Shown in pieces: positions 12,126 to 23,367 of a DNA stretch of 64,000 nucleotides. The stretch comes from a phage. The stretch lies in NCBI GenBank assembly GCA_012628545.1, contig GCA_012628545.1_3035.1; one strand, written 5' to 3'. Both the position numbers and the translations under genes were made by a program. Numbering within the stretch: the stretch's first letter is position 1; the number at the start of each line of letters is the position of its first letter. The notes beneath the pieces were generated by a model. It was not told the DNA's origin and did not search any database. It saw only the letters and a program-made list of their open reading frames with translations.

Positions 12126-12779
12126 TTAATACTTGCAAGATTTCACAGTTTCAATGAAAACACTTTTAGCTTTCTGTGAATCAATATTTAAAATTTTTCT
12201 ATAAGCCTTTAACTTTATAGAATAATTATTCCAGACTAAATTATCAGTCTGTTCATCATGTTTATCAATTATATTTAAAAATGAATCAAGCAAGATAAAC
12301 GTCTCAAACGAAATTATGTTCGATTGCAGAAGTTTAAAAATATAACTTGACTGAACCTTTGGATTATATTCAAAGATTTCTTTAAAAGCAGAAACTTCAA
12401 CTTTTTTACTAAAATAATAAATGTTGCGAATATCTTCTTCAAACTTAAATTTAATTTGCTTTAAGCGTCCGATATATTCACGATAAAACACAAGTGCATC
12501 AGCGTCAGAGATGTCACCAATCCAAGCATCTTGGTTAGCTACAAGATTGCTAATAAAAATTAAAGTCAATTCTTTTAATTTATACTTTTCTGATAGCTTT
12601 TGGAAAAAATACTTATCCCTTCGCTTTTGATAAGCGGCATCAGACACCCGCATGCACCAATTATACTTAATAACATCATACTTTCCATTCATATGTTGTT
12701 TTATCATTAAGTATAATTTATAAACTGATTTACCATCAATATATCTTTCACCACCAGCAGGCATGCGGAGTTTAATCAT
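12126..12779 (-). CDS. 59: gp59 helicase loader
   Basis: 217 aa, same length and position as T4 gp59 between 33 and 32. Confidence 0.8.
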   Translation of the reverse strand: MIKLRMPAGGERYIDGKSVYKLYLMIKQHMNGKYDVIKYNWCMRVSDAAYQKRRDKYFFQKLSEKYKLKELTLIFISNLVANQDAWIGDISDADALVFYREYIGRLKQIKFKFEEDIRNIYYFSKKVEVSAFKEIFEYNPKVQSSYIFKLLQSNIISFETFILLDSFLNIIDKHDEQTDNLVWNNYSIKLKAYRKILNIDSQKAKSVFIETVKSCKY

Positions 12780-13114
12780 AGCAGAAAATCTAATGTATTA
12801 GTTTTTTCACAACGAACAACAGAAGGACGTAAAAGATTTTCGTCAATGGCTTCTGACTGAATTTTTTCAATTATACCCGAAGGAATAAATTTAGCAAATT
12901 GAGTTTCAGGAATAGAATTTTCTTCCAAGAATGCTGTTGTAGCTTCAAGATAACTCATTCCAAACTCTTCTACCATTTTTTCAATAATAAATCCATTTTC
13001 TTGACGATCAAGAAGCTTTGCTATTTCATCCTTTTCTTTCTTAATTGAAAGTTCTTTTTCTGAAAGACCGGTCTCATCGACCGGACGAATATCATTTAGA
13101 GAAAACTGTGTCAT
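12776..13114 (-). CDS. 33: gp33 late-transcription co-activator
   Basis: MTQFSLNDIRPVDETGLSEKELSIKKEKDE... recognised; start taken at internal Met (112 aa); ATGA overlap with gene 59 start. Confidence 0.8.
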   Translation of the reverse strand: MTQFSLNDIRPVDETGLSEKELSIKKEKDEIAKLLDRQENGFIIEKMVEEFGMSYLEATTAFLEENSIPETQFAKFIPSGIIEKIQSEAIDENLLRPSVVRCEKTNTLDFLL

Positions 13115-13361
13115 AAAGTTCAACTACCTCTTCAGTTTCAGCTTCAAACACATCACGGTTATCTTTATGATACAAAGCTAATAGACGATTAAACATCTTA
13201 CCATCAACGCCAAGTTCATCTTTAGCACGAATTCGAATATCTTTAATCAGTTCATTATAACCGGAAATTTTCAGTTTATGATCAGATGCTTCTTTAATAA
13301 ATTTAGCCAAATCTTCGCCGTGGATAGCTTCATCAAATTCAACCATTTCTTTTTTAGCCAT
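13092..13361 (-). CDS. dsbA: DsbA double-stranded DNA-binding protein (late transcription)
   Basis: 89 aa, position between rnh and 33 as in T4; size matches. Confidence 0.7.
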   Translation of the reverse strand: MAKKEMVEFDEAIHGEDLAKFIKEASDHKLKISGYNELIKDIRIRAKDELGVDGKMFNRLLALYHKDNRDVFEAETEEVVELYDTVFSK

Positions 13362-13369
13362 TATTCACC

Positions 13370-14287
13370 TCAAAATTCATTAATGCTATTAGTTAATTTA
13401 GAAAGACCCGCTTTTACAAAATATGAATAAATTTTGCCACGCGGTGGTAATTTATATGAATTATAGTAATTCACAATGTTTGAAGCAATATTATCAGGAA
13501 TATAATCAAAATCAATTAGAACTAAATTTTCTTTATAACGATTATATTCAGATTCTGTGAGAAGCACCTTAGCTTGCTCACGGTCATTAGCAATAGCTTC
13601 AACGATTGAAGTTTTCATTGAAGGAGTTCGTTCACCTTCAACTCTGGTAAACCAAAAGTCAGATCGTACTTTAACTGAAGCAACGTTATCCTTTTTGTCG
13701 CCTTTAAGGATTTTAGTCATACAGTCAATTTCAGCAGAACCGCTTTTAATTTTAACCCATTTCTTATGCATCGGTGACCATTGCTTAACATTTGGGTATT
13801 TGTGAAGCTGTGTAAAGTCACCATCCGATGAAATGATTAAAATCTTGTGTCCTTCTAAAGAGAACTTTTTAACAAGAACAGCAATGTGGTCATCTGCTTC
13901 ATACTTATCAATATCCATAACAATGTATGGCATATAAGCTTTCAATTCATCTATAACTTTATGGCTGGATTCAAAATAACCTTCCCAGTCCCAAGTAGAT
14001 TCTTCTCGTGCTTTTCCACGGTTTTTCTTATAATAATACGCGAAATCACGACGCCAGTATCCAGATTTCGCGTTATCAATACACAATACAATTTTAGTGT
14101 ATCCAAGAGCTTTTGCTTTTTTGACATTAAACTTAATTGAGTTCAATATCAAATGACGAACCATTGATAAATTAATTTTTTCTTTATCTGGGAAGTTTAC
14201 CAAAGCAGTTGAAAGCGCAATTTGACTAAAGTCAATTAAGCAGATTCCTTCTTTGTAATCTTCATCCAGCATCATTTCTAAATCCAT
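13370..14287 (-). CDS. rnh: RNase H / 5'-3' exonuclease (FEN-family)
   Basis: MDLEMMLDEDYKEGICLIDFSQIAL...; FEN-1-like acidic residues; divergent from gene 34; start at internal Met (305 aa). Confidence 0.9.
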   Translation of the reverse strand: MDLEMMLDEDYKEGICLIDFSQIALSTALVNFPDKEKINLSMVRHLILNSIKFNVKKAKALGYTKIVLCIDNAKSGYWRRDFAYYYKKNRGKAREESTWDWEGYFESSHKVIDELKAYMPYIVMDIDKYEADDHIAVLVKKFSLEGHKILIISSDGDFTQLHKYPNVKQWSPMHKKWVKIKSGSAEIDCMTKILKGDKKDNVASVKVRSDFWFTRVEGERTPSMKTSIVEAIANDREQAKVLLTESEYNRYKENLVLIDFDYIPDNIASNIVNYYNSYKLPPRGKIYSYFVKAGLSKLTNSINEF

Positions 14288-14349
14288 ATGAACCTCGTTC
14301 AATTAGTGAGATTTCTATTATATACCATCCAAATCTTAAAGTAAACAAG

Positions 14350-14357
14350 TATAAATA
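14350..14357 (+). promoter_or_regulatory. late promoter (TATAAATA) for gene 34
   Basis: Exact TATAAATA about 35 nt upstream of the gene 34 ATG, followed by AGGAG RBS. Confidence 0.75.
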
Positions 14358-14391
14358 CTTATTATTGAAAACACAATAGGAGCCCGGGAGA

Positions 14392-17300
14392 ATGGCCGAG
14401 ATTAAAAGAAAGTTCAGAGCAGAAGATGGTCTGGACGCAGGTGGTGATAAAATAATCAACGTAGCTTTAGCTGATCGTACCGTAGGAACTGACGGTGTTA
14501 ACGTTGATTACTTAATTCAAGAAAACACAGTTCAACAATATGATCCAACTCGTGGATATTTAAAAGATTTTGTAATCATTTATGATAACCGCTTTTGGGC
14601 TGCTATAAATGATATTCCAAAACCAGCAGGAGCTTTTAATAGCGGACGCTGGAGAGCATTACGTACAGATGCTAACTGGATTACGGTTTCATCTGGTTCA
14701 TATCAATTAAAATCTGGTGAAGCAATTTCGGTTAACACTGCAGCTGGAAATGACATTACGTTTACTTTACCGTCTTCTCCAATTGATGGTGATACTATCA
14801 TTCTCCAAGATATTGGAGGAAAACCTGGAGTTAACCAAGTTTTAATTGTAGCTCCAGTGCAAAGTATTGTAAACTTTAGAGGTGAACAGGTACGTTCAGT
14901 ACTAATGACTCATCCAAAGTCACAGCTAGTTTTAATTTTTAGTAATCGTCTGTGGCAAATGTATGTTGCTGATTATAGTAGAGAAGCTGTAATTGTAACA
15001 CCAGCGAATACTTATCAAGCGCAATCAAATGATTTTATCGTACGTAGATTTACTTCTGCTGCACCAATTAATGTTAAACTTCCAAGATTTGCTAATCACG
15101 GCGATATTATTAATTTCGTTGATTTAGATAAACTGAATCCACTTTATCATACAATTGTTACTACATACGATGAAACGACTTCAGTACAAGAAGTTGGAAC
15201 TCATTCCATTGAAGGCCGTACATCGATTGACGGTTTCTTGATGTTTGATGATAATGAGAAATTGTGGAGATTGTTTGACGGGGATAGTAAAGCGCGTTTA
15301 CGCATTATAACGACTAATTCTAATATTCGTCCAAACGAAGAAGTTATGGTATTTGGTGCGAATAACGGAACAACCCAAACAATTGAGCTTCAGCTTCCAA
15401 CTAATATTTCTGTTGGTGATACTGTTAAAATTTCCATGAATTACATGAGAAAAGGACAAACAGTTAAAATCAAAGCTGCCGGTGAAGATAAAATTGCTTC
15501 TTCAGTTCAATTACTGCAATTCCCAAAACGCTCAGAATATCCGCCTGAAGCTGAATGGGTTACAGTCCAAGAATTAGTTTTTAACGGTGAAACTAATTAT
15601 GTTCCAGTTTTGCAACTTGCTTACATAGAAGATTCTGATGGAAAATATTGGGTTGTACAGCAAAACGTTCCAACCGTAGAAAGAGTAGACTCTTTAAATG
15701 ATTCTACTAGAGCAAGATTAGGCGTAATTGCTTTAGCTACACAAGCTCAAGCTAATGTCGATTTAGAAAATTCTCCACAAAAAGAATTAGCAATTACTCC
15801 AGAAACATTAGCTAACCGTACTGCTACAGAAACTCGTAGAGGTATCGCAAGAATAGCAACTACTGCTCAAGTGAATCAGAACACCACATTCTCTTTTGCT
15901 GATGATATTATCATCACTCCTAAAAAGCTGAATGAAAGAACTGCTACAGAAACTCGCAGAGGTGTTGCAGAAATTGCTACTCAGCAAGAAACAAACGCAG
16001 GAACAGATGATACAACCATCATTACTCCTAAAAAGCTTCAAGCTCGTCAAGGTTCTGAATCATTATCTGGTATTGTAACTTTTGTATCTACTGCAGGTGC
16101 TACTCCAGCTTCTAGCCGTGAATTAAATGGTACGAATGTTTATAATAAAAACACTAATAATTTAGTTGTTTCGCCAAAAGCTTTGGATCAGTATAAAGCT
16201 ACGCCTACTCAACAGGGTGCAGTAATTTTAGCAGTTGAAAGTGAAGTAATTGCTGGACAAAGTCAGGAAGGATGGGCAAATGCTGTTGTAACGCCAGAAA
16301 CGTTACATAAAAAGACATCAACTGATGGAAGAATTGGTTTAATTGAAATTGCTACGCAAAGTGAAGTTAATACAGGAACTGATTATACTCGTGCAGTCAC
16401 TCCTAAAACTTTAAATGATCGTAGAGCAACTGAAAGTTTAAGTGGTATAGCTGAAATTGCTACGCAAGTTGAATTCGACGCAGGCGTCGACGATACTCGT
16501 ATCTCTACGCCATTAAAAATTAAAACTAGATTTAATAGTACTGATCGTACTTCTGTTGTTGCTCTATCTGGATTAGTTGAATCAGGAACTCTCTGGGACC
16601 ATTATACCCTTAATATTCTTGAAGCAAATGAGACACAGCGTGGTACACTTCGTGTGGCTACACAAGTTGAAGCTGCTGCAGGAACATTAGATAATGTTTT
16701 AATAACTCCTAAAAAGCTTTTAGGTACTAAATCTACCGAATCGCAAGAAGGTGTTATTAAAGTTGCAACTCAGTCTGAAACTGTGACTGGAGCATCAGCA
16801 AATACTGCTGTATCTCCAAAAAATTTAAAATGGATTGTGCAGAGTGAACCTACCTGGGCAGCTACTACTGCGGTAAGAGGTTTTGTTAAAACTTCATCTG
16901 GTTCAATTACGTTCGTTGGTAATGATACAGTCGGTTCTACCCAAGATTTAGAACTGTATGAGAAAAATAGCTATGCAATATCACCATATGAATTAAACCG
17001 TGTATTAGCAAATTATTTACCGTTAAAAGCAAAAGCTGCAGATAGTAATTTATTGGATGGTCTAGATTCATCTCAGTTCATTCGTAGGGACATTGCGCAG
17101 ACAGTTAATGGTTCACTAACCTTAACCCAACAAACGAATCTGAGTGCCCCTCTTGTATCATCTAGTACTGCTGCGTTTGGTGGTTCAGTTTCGGCAAATA
17201 GTACATTAACTATTTCTAATACTGGAACGGCAACTCGTCTGATTTTTGAGAAAGGACCTCAAACTGGAACTAACCCAGCACAGACGATGACTATCAGAGT

Positions 17301-18261
17301 TTGGGGAAATCAGTTTAGTGGCGGATCAGATACAACGCGTTCTACTGTATTTGAAGTTGGTGATGAAACGTCTAATCACTTTTATTCTCAACGCAATAAA
17401 GCTGGGAATATAACGTTTAGTATCAATGGTACTGTAATGCCAATAAATGTTAATGCTTCGGGTTCTTTGAATGCGAATGGCGTAGCAACATTTGGTAGTT
17501 CAGTTACAGCCAATGGTGAATTCATTAGCAAGTCTGCAAATGCTTTCAGAGCAATAAACGGTGATTATGGATTCTTTATCAGGAATGATGGCGGCAGCAC
17601 ATATTTTATGCTTACTGCATCTGGTGATCAGACCGGTGGATTTAATGGATTACGTCCATTATCAATTAATAATCAATCCGGTCAAGTCACAATTGGTGAA
17701 AGCTTAATCATTGCCAAAGGTGCTACTATAAATTCAGGCGGTTTAACTGTTAACTCGAGAATTCGTTCTCAGGGTACTAAAACATCTGATTTATATACCC
17801 GTGCGCCAACATCTGATACTGTAGGATTCTGGTCAATAGATATTAACGATTCAGCCACTTATAACCAGTTCCCAGGTTATTTTAAAATGGTTGAAAAAAC
17901 TAACGAAGTGACTGGACTTCCGTACTTAGAACGTGGCGAAGAAGTTAAATCTCCTGGTACACTGACACAGTTTGGTAACACACTTGATTCGCTTTACCAA
18001 GATTGGATTACTTATCCAACGACACCAGAAGCGCGTACCACTCGCTGGACACGTACATGGCAGAAAACCAAAAACTCTTGGTCAAGTTTTGTTCAGGTAT
18101 TTGACGGAGGTAACCCTCCTCAACCATCTGATATCGGTGCTTTACCATCTGATAATGCTACAATGGGGAATCTTACTATTCGTGATTTCTTGCGAATTGG
18201 TAATGTTCGCATTGTTCCTGACCCAGTGAATAAAACGGTTAAATTTGAATGGGTTGAATAA
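14392..18261 (+). CDS. 34: long tail fibre proximal subunit gp34
   Basis: 1289 aa; MAEIKRKFRAEDGLDAGGDKIINVALADRT...; internal ~40-aa repeats; preceded by late promoter TATAAATA. Confidence 0.95.
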   Translation: MAEIKRKFRAEDGLDAGGDKIINVALADRTVGTDGVNVDYLIQENTVQQYDPTRGYLKDFVIIYDNRFWAAINDIPKPAGAFNSGRWRALRTDANWITVSSGSYQLKSGEAISVNTAAGNDITFTLPSSPIDGDTIILQDIGGKPGVNQVLIVAPVQSIVNFRGEQVRSVLMTHPKSQLVLIFSNRLWQMYVADYSREAVIVTPANTYQAQSNDFIVRRFTSAAPINVKLPRFANHGDIINFVDLDKLNPLYHTIVTTYDETTSVQEVGTHSIEGRTSIDGFLMFDDNEKLWRLFDGDSKARLRIITTNSNIRPNEEVMVFGANNGTTQTIELQLPTNISVGDTVKISMNYMRKGQTVKIKAAGEDKIASSVQLLQFPKRSEYPPEAEWVTVQELVFNGETNYVPVLQLAYIEDSDGKYWVVQQNVPTVERVDSLNDSTRARLGVIALATQAQANVDLENSPQKELAITPETLANRTATETRRGIARIATTAQVNQNTTFSFADDIIITPKKLNERTATETRRGVAEIATQQETNAGTDDTTIITPKKLQARQGSESLSGIVTFVSTAGATPASSRELNGTNVYNKNTNNLVVSPKALDQYKATPTQQGAVILAVESEVIAGQSQEGWANAVVTPETLHKKTSTDGRIGLIEIATQSEVNTGTDYTRAVTPKTLNDRRATESLSGIAEIATQVEFDAGVDDTRISTPLKIKTRFNSTDRTSVVALSGLVESGTLWDHYTLNILEANETQRGTLRVATQVEAAAGTLDNVLITPKKLLGTKSTESQEGVIKVATQSETVTGASANTAVSPKNLKWIVQSEPTWAATTAVRGFVKTSSGSITFVGNDTVGSTQDLELYEKNSYAISPYELNRVLANYLPLKAKAADSNLLDGLDSSQFIRRDIAQTVNGSLTLTQQTNLSAPLVSSSTAAFGGSVSANSTLTISNTGTATRLIFEKGPQTGTNPAQTMTIRVWGNQFSGGSDTTRSTVFEVGDETSNHFYSQRNKAGNITFSINGTVMPINVNASGSLNANGVATFGSSVTANGEFISKSANAFRAINGDYGFFIRNDGGSTYFMLTASGDQTGGFNGLRPLSINNQSGQVTIGESLIIAKGATINSGGLTVNSRIRSQGTKTSDLYTRAPTSDTVGFWSIDINDSATYNQFPGYFKMVEKTNEVTGLPYLERGEEVKSPGTLTQFGNTLDSLYQDWITYPTTPEARTTRWTRTWQKTKNSWSSFVQVFDGGNPPQPSDIGALPSDNATMGNLTIRDFLRIGNVRIVPDPVNKTVKFEWVE
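15790..16800 (+). repeat. intragenic ~120-bp degenerate repeats in gene 34
   Basis: Repeated peptide module RTATETRRG[IV]A.IAT..E...G.DDT.IITPKKL seen about seven times in the translation. Confidence 0.6.
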
Positions 18262-18269
18262 GAGGTATT

Positions 18270-19385
18270 ATGGAAAAATTTATGGCAGAGTTTGGACAAG
18301 GATATGTCCAAACGCCATTTTTATCGGAAAGCAATTCAGTAAGATATAAAATAAGCATAGCGGGTTCTTGCCCGCTTTCTACAGCAGGACCATACGTTAA
18401 ATTTCAGGATAATCCTGTCGGAAGTCAAACATTTAGCGCAGGACTTCATTTAAGAGTTTTTGACCCTTCCACCGGAGCATTAGTTGATAGTAAGTCATAT
18501 GCTTTTTCGACTTCAAATGATACAACATCTGCTGCTTTTGTTAGTTTCATGAATTCTTTGACGAATAATCGAATTGTTGCTATATTAACTAACGGAAAGG
18601 TTAATTTTCCTCCTGAAGTAGTATCTTGGTTAAGAACCGCCGGAACGTCTGCTTTTCCATCTGACTCTATATTGTCAAGATTCGACGTATCATATGCTGC
18701 TTTTTATACTTCTTCTAAAAGAGCTATTGCATTAGAGCATGTTAAACTGAGTAATAGAAAAAGCACAGATGATTATCAAACTATTTTAGATGTTGTATTT
18801 GACAGTTTAGAAGACGTCGGAGCTACCGGGTTTCCAAGAAGAACGTATGAAAGCGTTGAGCAATTCATGTCAGCGGTTGGTGGAACTAATAACGAAATTG
18901 CGCGTCTACCAACTTCAGCTGCTATAAGTAAACTCTCTGATTATAATTTAATTCCTGGTGACGTTCTTTATCTTAAAGCCCAGTTATATGCTGATGCCGA
19001 TTTACTTGCTCTTGGAACAACAAATATATCTATCCGTTTTTATAATGCATCTAACGGATATATTTCCTCGACACAAGCTGAATTTACCGGACAAGCTGGG
19101 TCTTGGGAATTAAAGGAAGATTATGTAGTTGTTCCAGAAAATGCAGTTGGATTTACGATATATGCACAAAGAACTGCTCAAGCTGGACAAGGCGGTATGC
19201 GAAATTTAAGCTTTTCTGAAGTATCAAGAAACGGCGGCATTTCAAAACCTGCTGAATTTGGCGTCAATGGTATTCGTGTTAATTATATCTGTGAATCTGC
19301 TTCACCTCCGGATATAATGGTACTTCCTACACAAGCATCGTCTAAAACTGGTAAAGTGTTTGGGCAAGAATTTAGAGAAGTATAA
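18270..19385 (+). CDS. 35: tail fibre hinge connector gp35
   Basis: 371 aa immediately downstream of 34 (8 nt spacer); T4 gp35 is about 372 aa. Confidence 0.85.
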   Translation: MEKFMAEFGQGYVQTPFLSESNSVRYKISIAGSCPLSTAGPYVKFQDNPVGSQTFSAGLHLRVFDPSTGALVDSKSYAFSTSNDTTSAAFVSFMNSLTNNRIVAILTNGKVNFPPEVVSWLRTAGTSAFPSDSILSRFDVSYAAFYTSSKRAIALEHVKLSNRKSTDDYQTILDVVFDSLEDVGATGFPRRTYESVEQFMSAVGGTNNEIARLPTSAAISKLSDYNLIPGDVLYLKAQLYADADLLALGTTNISIRFYNASNGYISSTQAEFTGQAGSWELKEDYVVVPENAVGFTIYAQRTAQAGQGGMRNLSFSEVSRNGGISKPAEFGVNGIRVNYICESASPPDIMVLPTQASSKTGKVFGQEFREV

Positions 19386-19390
19386 ATTGA

Positions 19391-19408
19391 GGGAGCCTTC
19401 GGGTTCCC
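19391..19408 (+). terminator. intrinsic terminator downstream of gene 35
   Basis: GGGAGCC-TTCG-GGTTCCC hairpin followed by TTTTTCTTT. Confidence 0.7.
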
Positions 19409-19416
19409 TTTTTCTT

Positions 19417-19424
19417 TATAAATA
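19417..19424 (+). promoter_or_regulatory. late promoter (TATAAATA) for genes 36-37-38
   Basis: Exact TATAAATA about 24 nt upstream of gene 36 ATG, directly after the gene 35 terminator hairpin. Confidence 0.75.
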
Positions 19425-19447
19425 CTATTAAAATAAAGGGGCATACA

Positions 19448-20110
19448 ATGGCTGATTTAAAAGTAGGTTCAACAACCGGAGGCTCTGTCATTTGGCATCA
19501 AGGAAATTTTCCATTGAATCCAGCCGGTGACGATGTACTCTATAAATCATTTAAAATATATTCAGAATATAATAAACCGCAAGCTGCTGATAACGATTTC
19601 GTTTCTAAAGCTAATGGTGGTACTTACGCCGCGACTGTTCGATTTAATGGAGGAGTACATGTTCCTACTATAGGTAGTAGTCAACAGTGCGGTGTTTATC
19701 CAGGTAACGGTGATGCAGCTACCTTTGCTATGGCAAATATTGACATCGTTTCGTGGAATGGTATTGGTTTTAAATCATCACAAGGTTCAGCAGACCGAAC
19801 TGTTGTAATTAATGCACGTAATGGTGATATTAGTACAAAAGGCGTTATGACAGCAGTAGGTCAAATAAGAAGTAATGCAGTTGCTCCTGTAGCAGCAAAT
19901 GACCTTACTAGAAAGGACTATGTCGATGGAGCAATAAATACTGTTACGGCAAATGCGAACTCTAGAGTGTTACGATCTGGTGACACTATGACGGGTAACT
20001 TAACCGCACCAAACTTTTTCTCGCAGAATCCTGCGTCTCAACCTTCACATGTTCCACGATTTGACCAAATCGTAATTAAGGATTCTGTTCAAGATTTCGG
20101 CTATTATTAA
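19448..20110 (+). CDS. 36: tail fibre protein gp36 (proximal part of distal half-fibre)
   Basis: 220 aa; own late promoter upstream; followed 8 nt later by gene 37. Confidence 0.85.
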   Translation: MADLKVGSTTGGSVIWHQGNFPLNPAGDDVLYKSFKIYSEYNKPQAADNDFVSKANGGTYAATVRFNGGVHVPTIGSSQQCGVYPGNGDAATFAMANIDIVSWNGIGFKSSQGSADRTVVINARNGDISTKGVMTAVGQIRSNAVAPVAANDLTRKDYVDGAINTVTANANSRVLRSGDTMTGNLTAPNFFSQNPASQPSHVPRFDQIVIKDSVQDFGYY

Positions 20111-20118
20111 GAGGACTT

Positions 20119-23100
20119 ATGGCTACTTTAAAACAAATACAATTTAAAAGAAGCAAAACCGCAGGTGCACGTCCTGCTGCTTCAGTATTAGCCGAAGGTG
20201 AATTGGCTATAAACTTAAAAGATAGAACAATTTTTACTAAAGATGATTCAGGAAATATCATCGATTTAAGCATTTCTGCTGGTGGTAATATCAGTGGTAA
20301 TATTACTCAAACTGGTGATTATACACAGACTGGAAAATTTAATTTAATTGGTCCGCAAATTGTAGAAAGCGGTGGATATATTGAGTTTAATTATCGTACT
20401 ATTGGAAGTGGGGCTTGGTCTGGTCAACACACTGCAAAAGCTCCAATTTTTGTAGATTTAAGCTCAGCTACTTCCACATCTGAATATAATCCTATAATTA
20501 AACAGCGCTTTAAAGATGGAACTTTTTCATTAGGTACTTTAGTTTCTGAAGGTTCGTTGAAGATTCATTATATCAATGAATCTGGCGATTCGAAATATTG
20601 GACGTTTCGACGTGACGGCGGATTTGTTGTTGACGGTGGAGGTTTAGCAGTATCAGGAGGTAGTATAACTACATCTGGAAATATTGCAGCTCTCGGAAAT
20701 ATTACTTCGCCTCAGATTAATACTAAAAATATTATTTTAGATACAAAAGCATTTGGACAATACGATTCGCAATCATTAGTTCAATATGTTTATCCTGGAA
20801 CAGGTGAAGAAAATGGTATAAACTATCTTCGTAAAGTTCGAGCTAAATCAGGCGGAACCATTTACCATGAAATCGCTTCAGCTCAAACCGGTAAAAATGA
20901 TGAAATTTCTTGGTGGACCGGAAATACACTTACTACTAAATTAATGGGTCTTCGTAATGATGGCGCAATGGTATTACGTCGTTCACTTGCTATTGGCACA
21001 ATTACCACTGACGAAAATACTAACAACTATGGTTCTCCTACTCCAATGGGAGAAAGATATATTGCTTTGGGCGATGCTGCCACTGGTTTAAAATACATTA
21101 AGCAGGGTGTTTATGATTTAGTAGGTAATTGGAATTCTGTTGCTTCTATTACTCCTGATAGTTTCCGTAGTACTCGTAAAGCGTTATTTGGACGTTCAGA
21201 AGACCAAGGCGGAACCTGGACAATGCCTGGAACGAACGCTGCCTTTTTATCAGTTCAAACACAGGCTGATGAAAACACTGCTGGAGACGGCCAGACGCAT
21301 ATTGGCTATAACTCAGGCGGAAAAATGAACCACTATTTCCGTGGTAAAGGCAAAACTAATATTAATACTCAGGAAGGTATGGAAGTTAATCCGGGTATTT
21401 TGAAATTGGTAACTGGCTCTAATAATGTAATGTTTTATGCTGATGGCGGTATTACATCTGTTAAGCAGCTTTCAATATATAATGGCATATATTTAGCAGC
21501 TAATAATTCTACTGCTGGGCTAACATTCGCTCCAACTACTACAATTGATGGCACTAAGCAAATTTTGTGGGAAGGCGGTACTCGTGCTGGTCAGAATAAA
21601 AGCTATGTAACTGTTAAAGCATGGGGTAATTCATTTAACGCATCTGGCGATCGTAATCGTGAAACGGTTTTTGAAGTAGCTGATGGACAAGGATATTATT
21701 TTTATTCACAGCGTGTGGCTCCAAGTGGCTCTGAAACTACTGGGCCTGTTGTAACCCAGTTCAATGGACAAGTTAATGCTAGAGGAAGTATTATTACTGA
21801 CGGAAGTTTTAAAGTTAATGGATTAAGCACTTTAGTCGGTAATGTTACCATGTCTAATGGTTTGTTTGTCCAAGGTGGTTCTTCTATTACTGGACAAGTA
21901 AAAATTGGTGGAACTGCTGATGCATTAAGAATTTGGAATGCCGAATACGGTGCTATTTTCCGTCGCTCAGAAACAGCATTACATATTATCCCGACTCCTA
22001 AAGATGCCGGTGAAAGTGGTGGAATAAGTAATCTCCGCCCACTTAGTATTAGTCTTAATAATGGTATGGTACAAATGCGCCATTCTGTTACGTTAGGCGA
22101 TGATGGCGCTGGCGGTAATATGATTACTGTGGACAACGATACCAAACTTGTTGTTGTTACTAGTCATAGTCGTATTTCTCCTAATTACCGTATGCAGGTA
22201 GGACAAGCAGCTTATATTGATGCTGAATGTACTGACACCGTTCGCCCGGCTGGTGCAGGGTCTTTTGCTTCACAAAATAATGAAAACGTTCGTGCTCCGT
22301 TCTATATGAATATTAATCGCACAGATACAAGTACTTACGTTCCTATTTTAAAACAACGTTATGTTCAAGGAAATAGCTGTTATTCTTTAGGTACTTTAAT
22401 AAATGGCGGTAACTTCAGAGTTCATTATCATGAAGGTGGAGACGGAAGTTCAACAGGCGCAATTATAAAAGATTTAGGCTGGGAATTTACACGTTCTGGT
22501 GATTTTATATCTCCTAAGCGCATTTCTGCTGGGGGTTCAGTTTATTTAGGTACAGACGGTAACATTACTGGTGGTTCTGGTAATTTTGCCAACTTAAATA
22601 GTACAATTGAATCACTTAAAACTGATATTGTTTCAAGTTATCCTATTGGAGCTCCGATTCCTTGGCCTACTGATACACCTCCTGAAGGTTATGCCATAAT
22701 GGAAGGTCAAACATTTGATGTTGGCTTGTATCCTAAGTTAGCTGCGGTGTATCCTTCCGGCTCTCTGCCTGATATGCGCGGGCAAACTATCAAGGGTAAA
22801 CCATCTGGGCGTGCTGTATTAAGTACAGAAGCAGACGGTGTTAAGTCACATAGTCATAGTGCAAGTGCATCAAGCACGGATTTGGGTACTAAGACCACAT
22901 CAAGCTTTGACTATGGTACTAAGACGACAAGTAGTTTCGACTATGGTACTAAGACCAGTAATAATACTGGTGCTCATACGCATAGTTTGAGCGGTTCCAC
23001 AAACACCGCCGGTGCGCACAGCCACACAAGCGCTCTTTATGCGGGAAGTAACAACTCTCCTGGTACTGGTTCTATAAGAGGATCCGCCGGTGGTGGTAAT

Positions 23101-23340
23101 ACGCTTGGAACTTCTTCTTCTGGGGCACATTCGCACTCTATATCTGGTACTGCTGCAAGCGCAGGCGCTCACGCGCATACTGTTGGTATTGGTGCTCATA
23201 CCCATACTGTAGGTATCGGTGCTCATACCCACACGGTAGCAATTGGCTCGCATGGTCATACTATCACTGTAAATAGTACAGGTAATACAGAAAACACGGT
23301 TAAAAACATTGCTTTTAACTATATTGTTCGTTTAGCATAA
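20119..23340 (+). CDS. 37: long tail fibre distal subunit gp37 (receptor-binding tip)
   Basis: 1073 aa; Gly/Ser/Thr-rich beta-structure; C-terminal His-x-His repeats ([28 protein letters not shown]) typical of the T4-type metal-binding needle domain. Confidence 0.95.
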   Translation: MATLKQIQFKRSKTAGARPAASVLAEGELAINLKDRTIFTKDDSGNIIDLSISAGGNISGNITQTGDYTQTGKFNLIGPQIVESGGYIEFNYRTIGSGAWSGQHTAKAPIFVDLSSATSTSEYNPIIKQRFKDGTFSLGTLVSEGSLKIHYINESGDSKYWTFRRDGGFVVDGGGLAVSGGSITTSGNIAALGNITSPQINTKNIILDTKAFGQYDSQSLVQYVYPGTGEENGINYLRKVRAKSGGTIYHEIASAQTGKNDEISWWTGNTLTTKLMGLRNDGAMVLRRSLAIGTITTDENTNNYGSPTPMGERYIALGDAATGLKYIKQGVYDLVGNWNSVASITPDSFRSTRKALFGRSEDQGGTWTMPGTNAAFLSVQTQADENTAGDGQTHIGYNSGGKMNHYFRGKGKTNINTQEGMEVNPGILKLVTGSNNVMFYADGGITSVKQLSIYNGIYLAANNSTAGLTFAPTTTIDGTKQILWEGGTRAGQNKSYVTVKAWGNSFNASGDRNRETVFEVADGQGYYFYSQRVAPSGSETTGPVVTQFNGQVNARGSIITDGSFKVNGLSTLVGNVTMSNGLFVQGGSSITGQVKIGGTADALRIWNAEYGAIFRRSETALHIIPTPKDAGESGGISNLRPLSISLNNGMVQMRHSVTLGDDGAGGNMITVDNDTKLVVVTSHSRISPNYRMQVGQAAYIDAECTDTVRPAGAGSFASQNNENVRAPFYMNINRTDTSTYVPILKQRYVQGNSCYSLGTLINGGNFRVHYHEGGDGSSTGAIIKDLGWEFTRSGDFISPKRISAGGSVYLGTDGNITGGSGNFANLNSTIESLKTDIVSSYPIGAPIPWPTDTPPEGYAIMEGQTFDVGLYPKLAAVYPSGSLPDMRGQTIKGKPSGRAVLSTEADGVKSHSHSASASSTDLGTKTTSSFDYGTKTTSSFDYGTKTSNNTGAHTHSLSGSTNTAGAHSHTSALYAGSNNSPGTGSIRGSAGGGNTLGTSSSGAHSHSISGTAASAGAHAHTVGIGAHTHTVGIGAHTHTVAIGSHGHTITVNSTGNTENTVKNIAFNYIVRLA
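22885..22965 (+). repeat. 30-bp tandem repeat (2.7 copies) within gene 37
   Basis: GGTACTAAGACCACATCAAGCTTTGACTAT / GGTACTAAGACGACAAGTAGTTTCGACTAT / GGTACTAAGACC...; encodes [10 protein letters not shown] x2. Confidence 0.8.
23170..23260 (+). repeat. 27-bp tandem repeats encoding His-x-His motifs in gene 37
   Basis: GCTCATACCCATACTGTAGGTATCGGT-like units encoding GAHTHTVGI repeats. Confidence 0.75.
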
Positions 23341-23344
23341 GGAG

Positions 23345-23360
23345 AGGGGCTTCGGCCCCT
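23345..23360 (+). other. UUCG-loop hairpin between genes 37 and 38
   Basis: AGGGGC-TTCG-GCCCCT; not followed by a U-tract, so more likely an RNA structural/stability element than a terminator. Confidence 0.5.
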
Positions 23361-23367
23361 TCTAAAT

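Noticed and set aside
13557-16050. Opposite-strand ORFs within rnh (13557..13805, 13886..14140) and gene 34 (15808..16050), and 14262..14459 spanning the rnh/34 divergent promoter
   Set aside because: Overlap strongly supported genes; 14262..14459 runs across the late promoter and RBS of gene 34.
21702-23259. Minus-strand ORFs (147 aa and 119 aa) inside gene 37
   Set aside because: Antisense to the gp37 frame; Pro/Ser/Thr/Arg-rich artefacts produced by reading the Gly/Ser/Thr-rich tail-fibre codons backwards.
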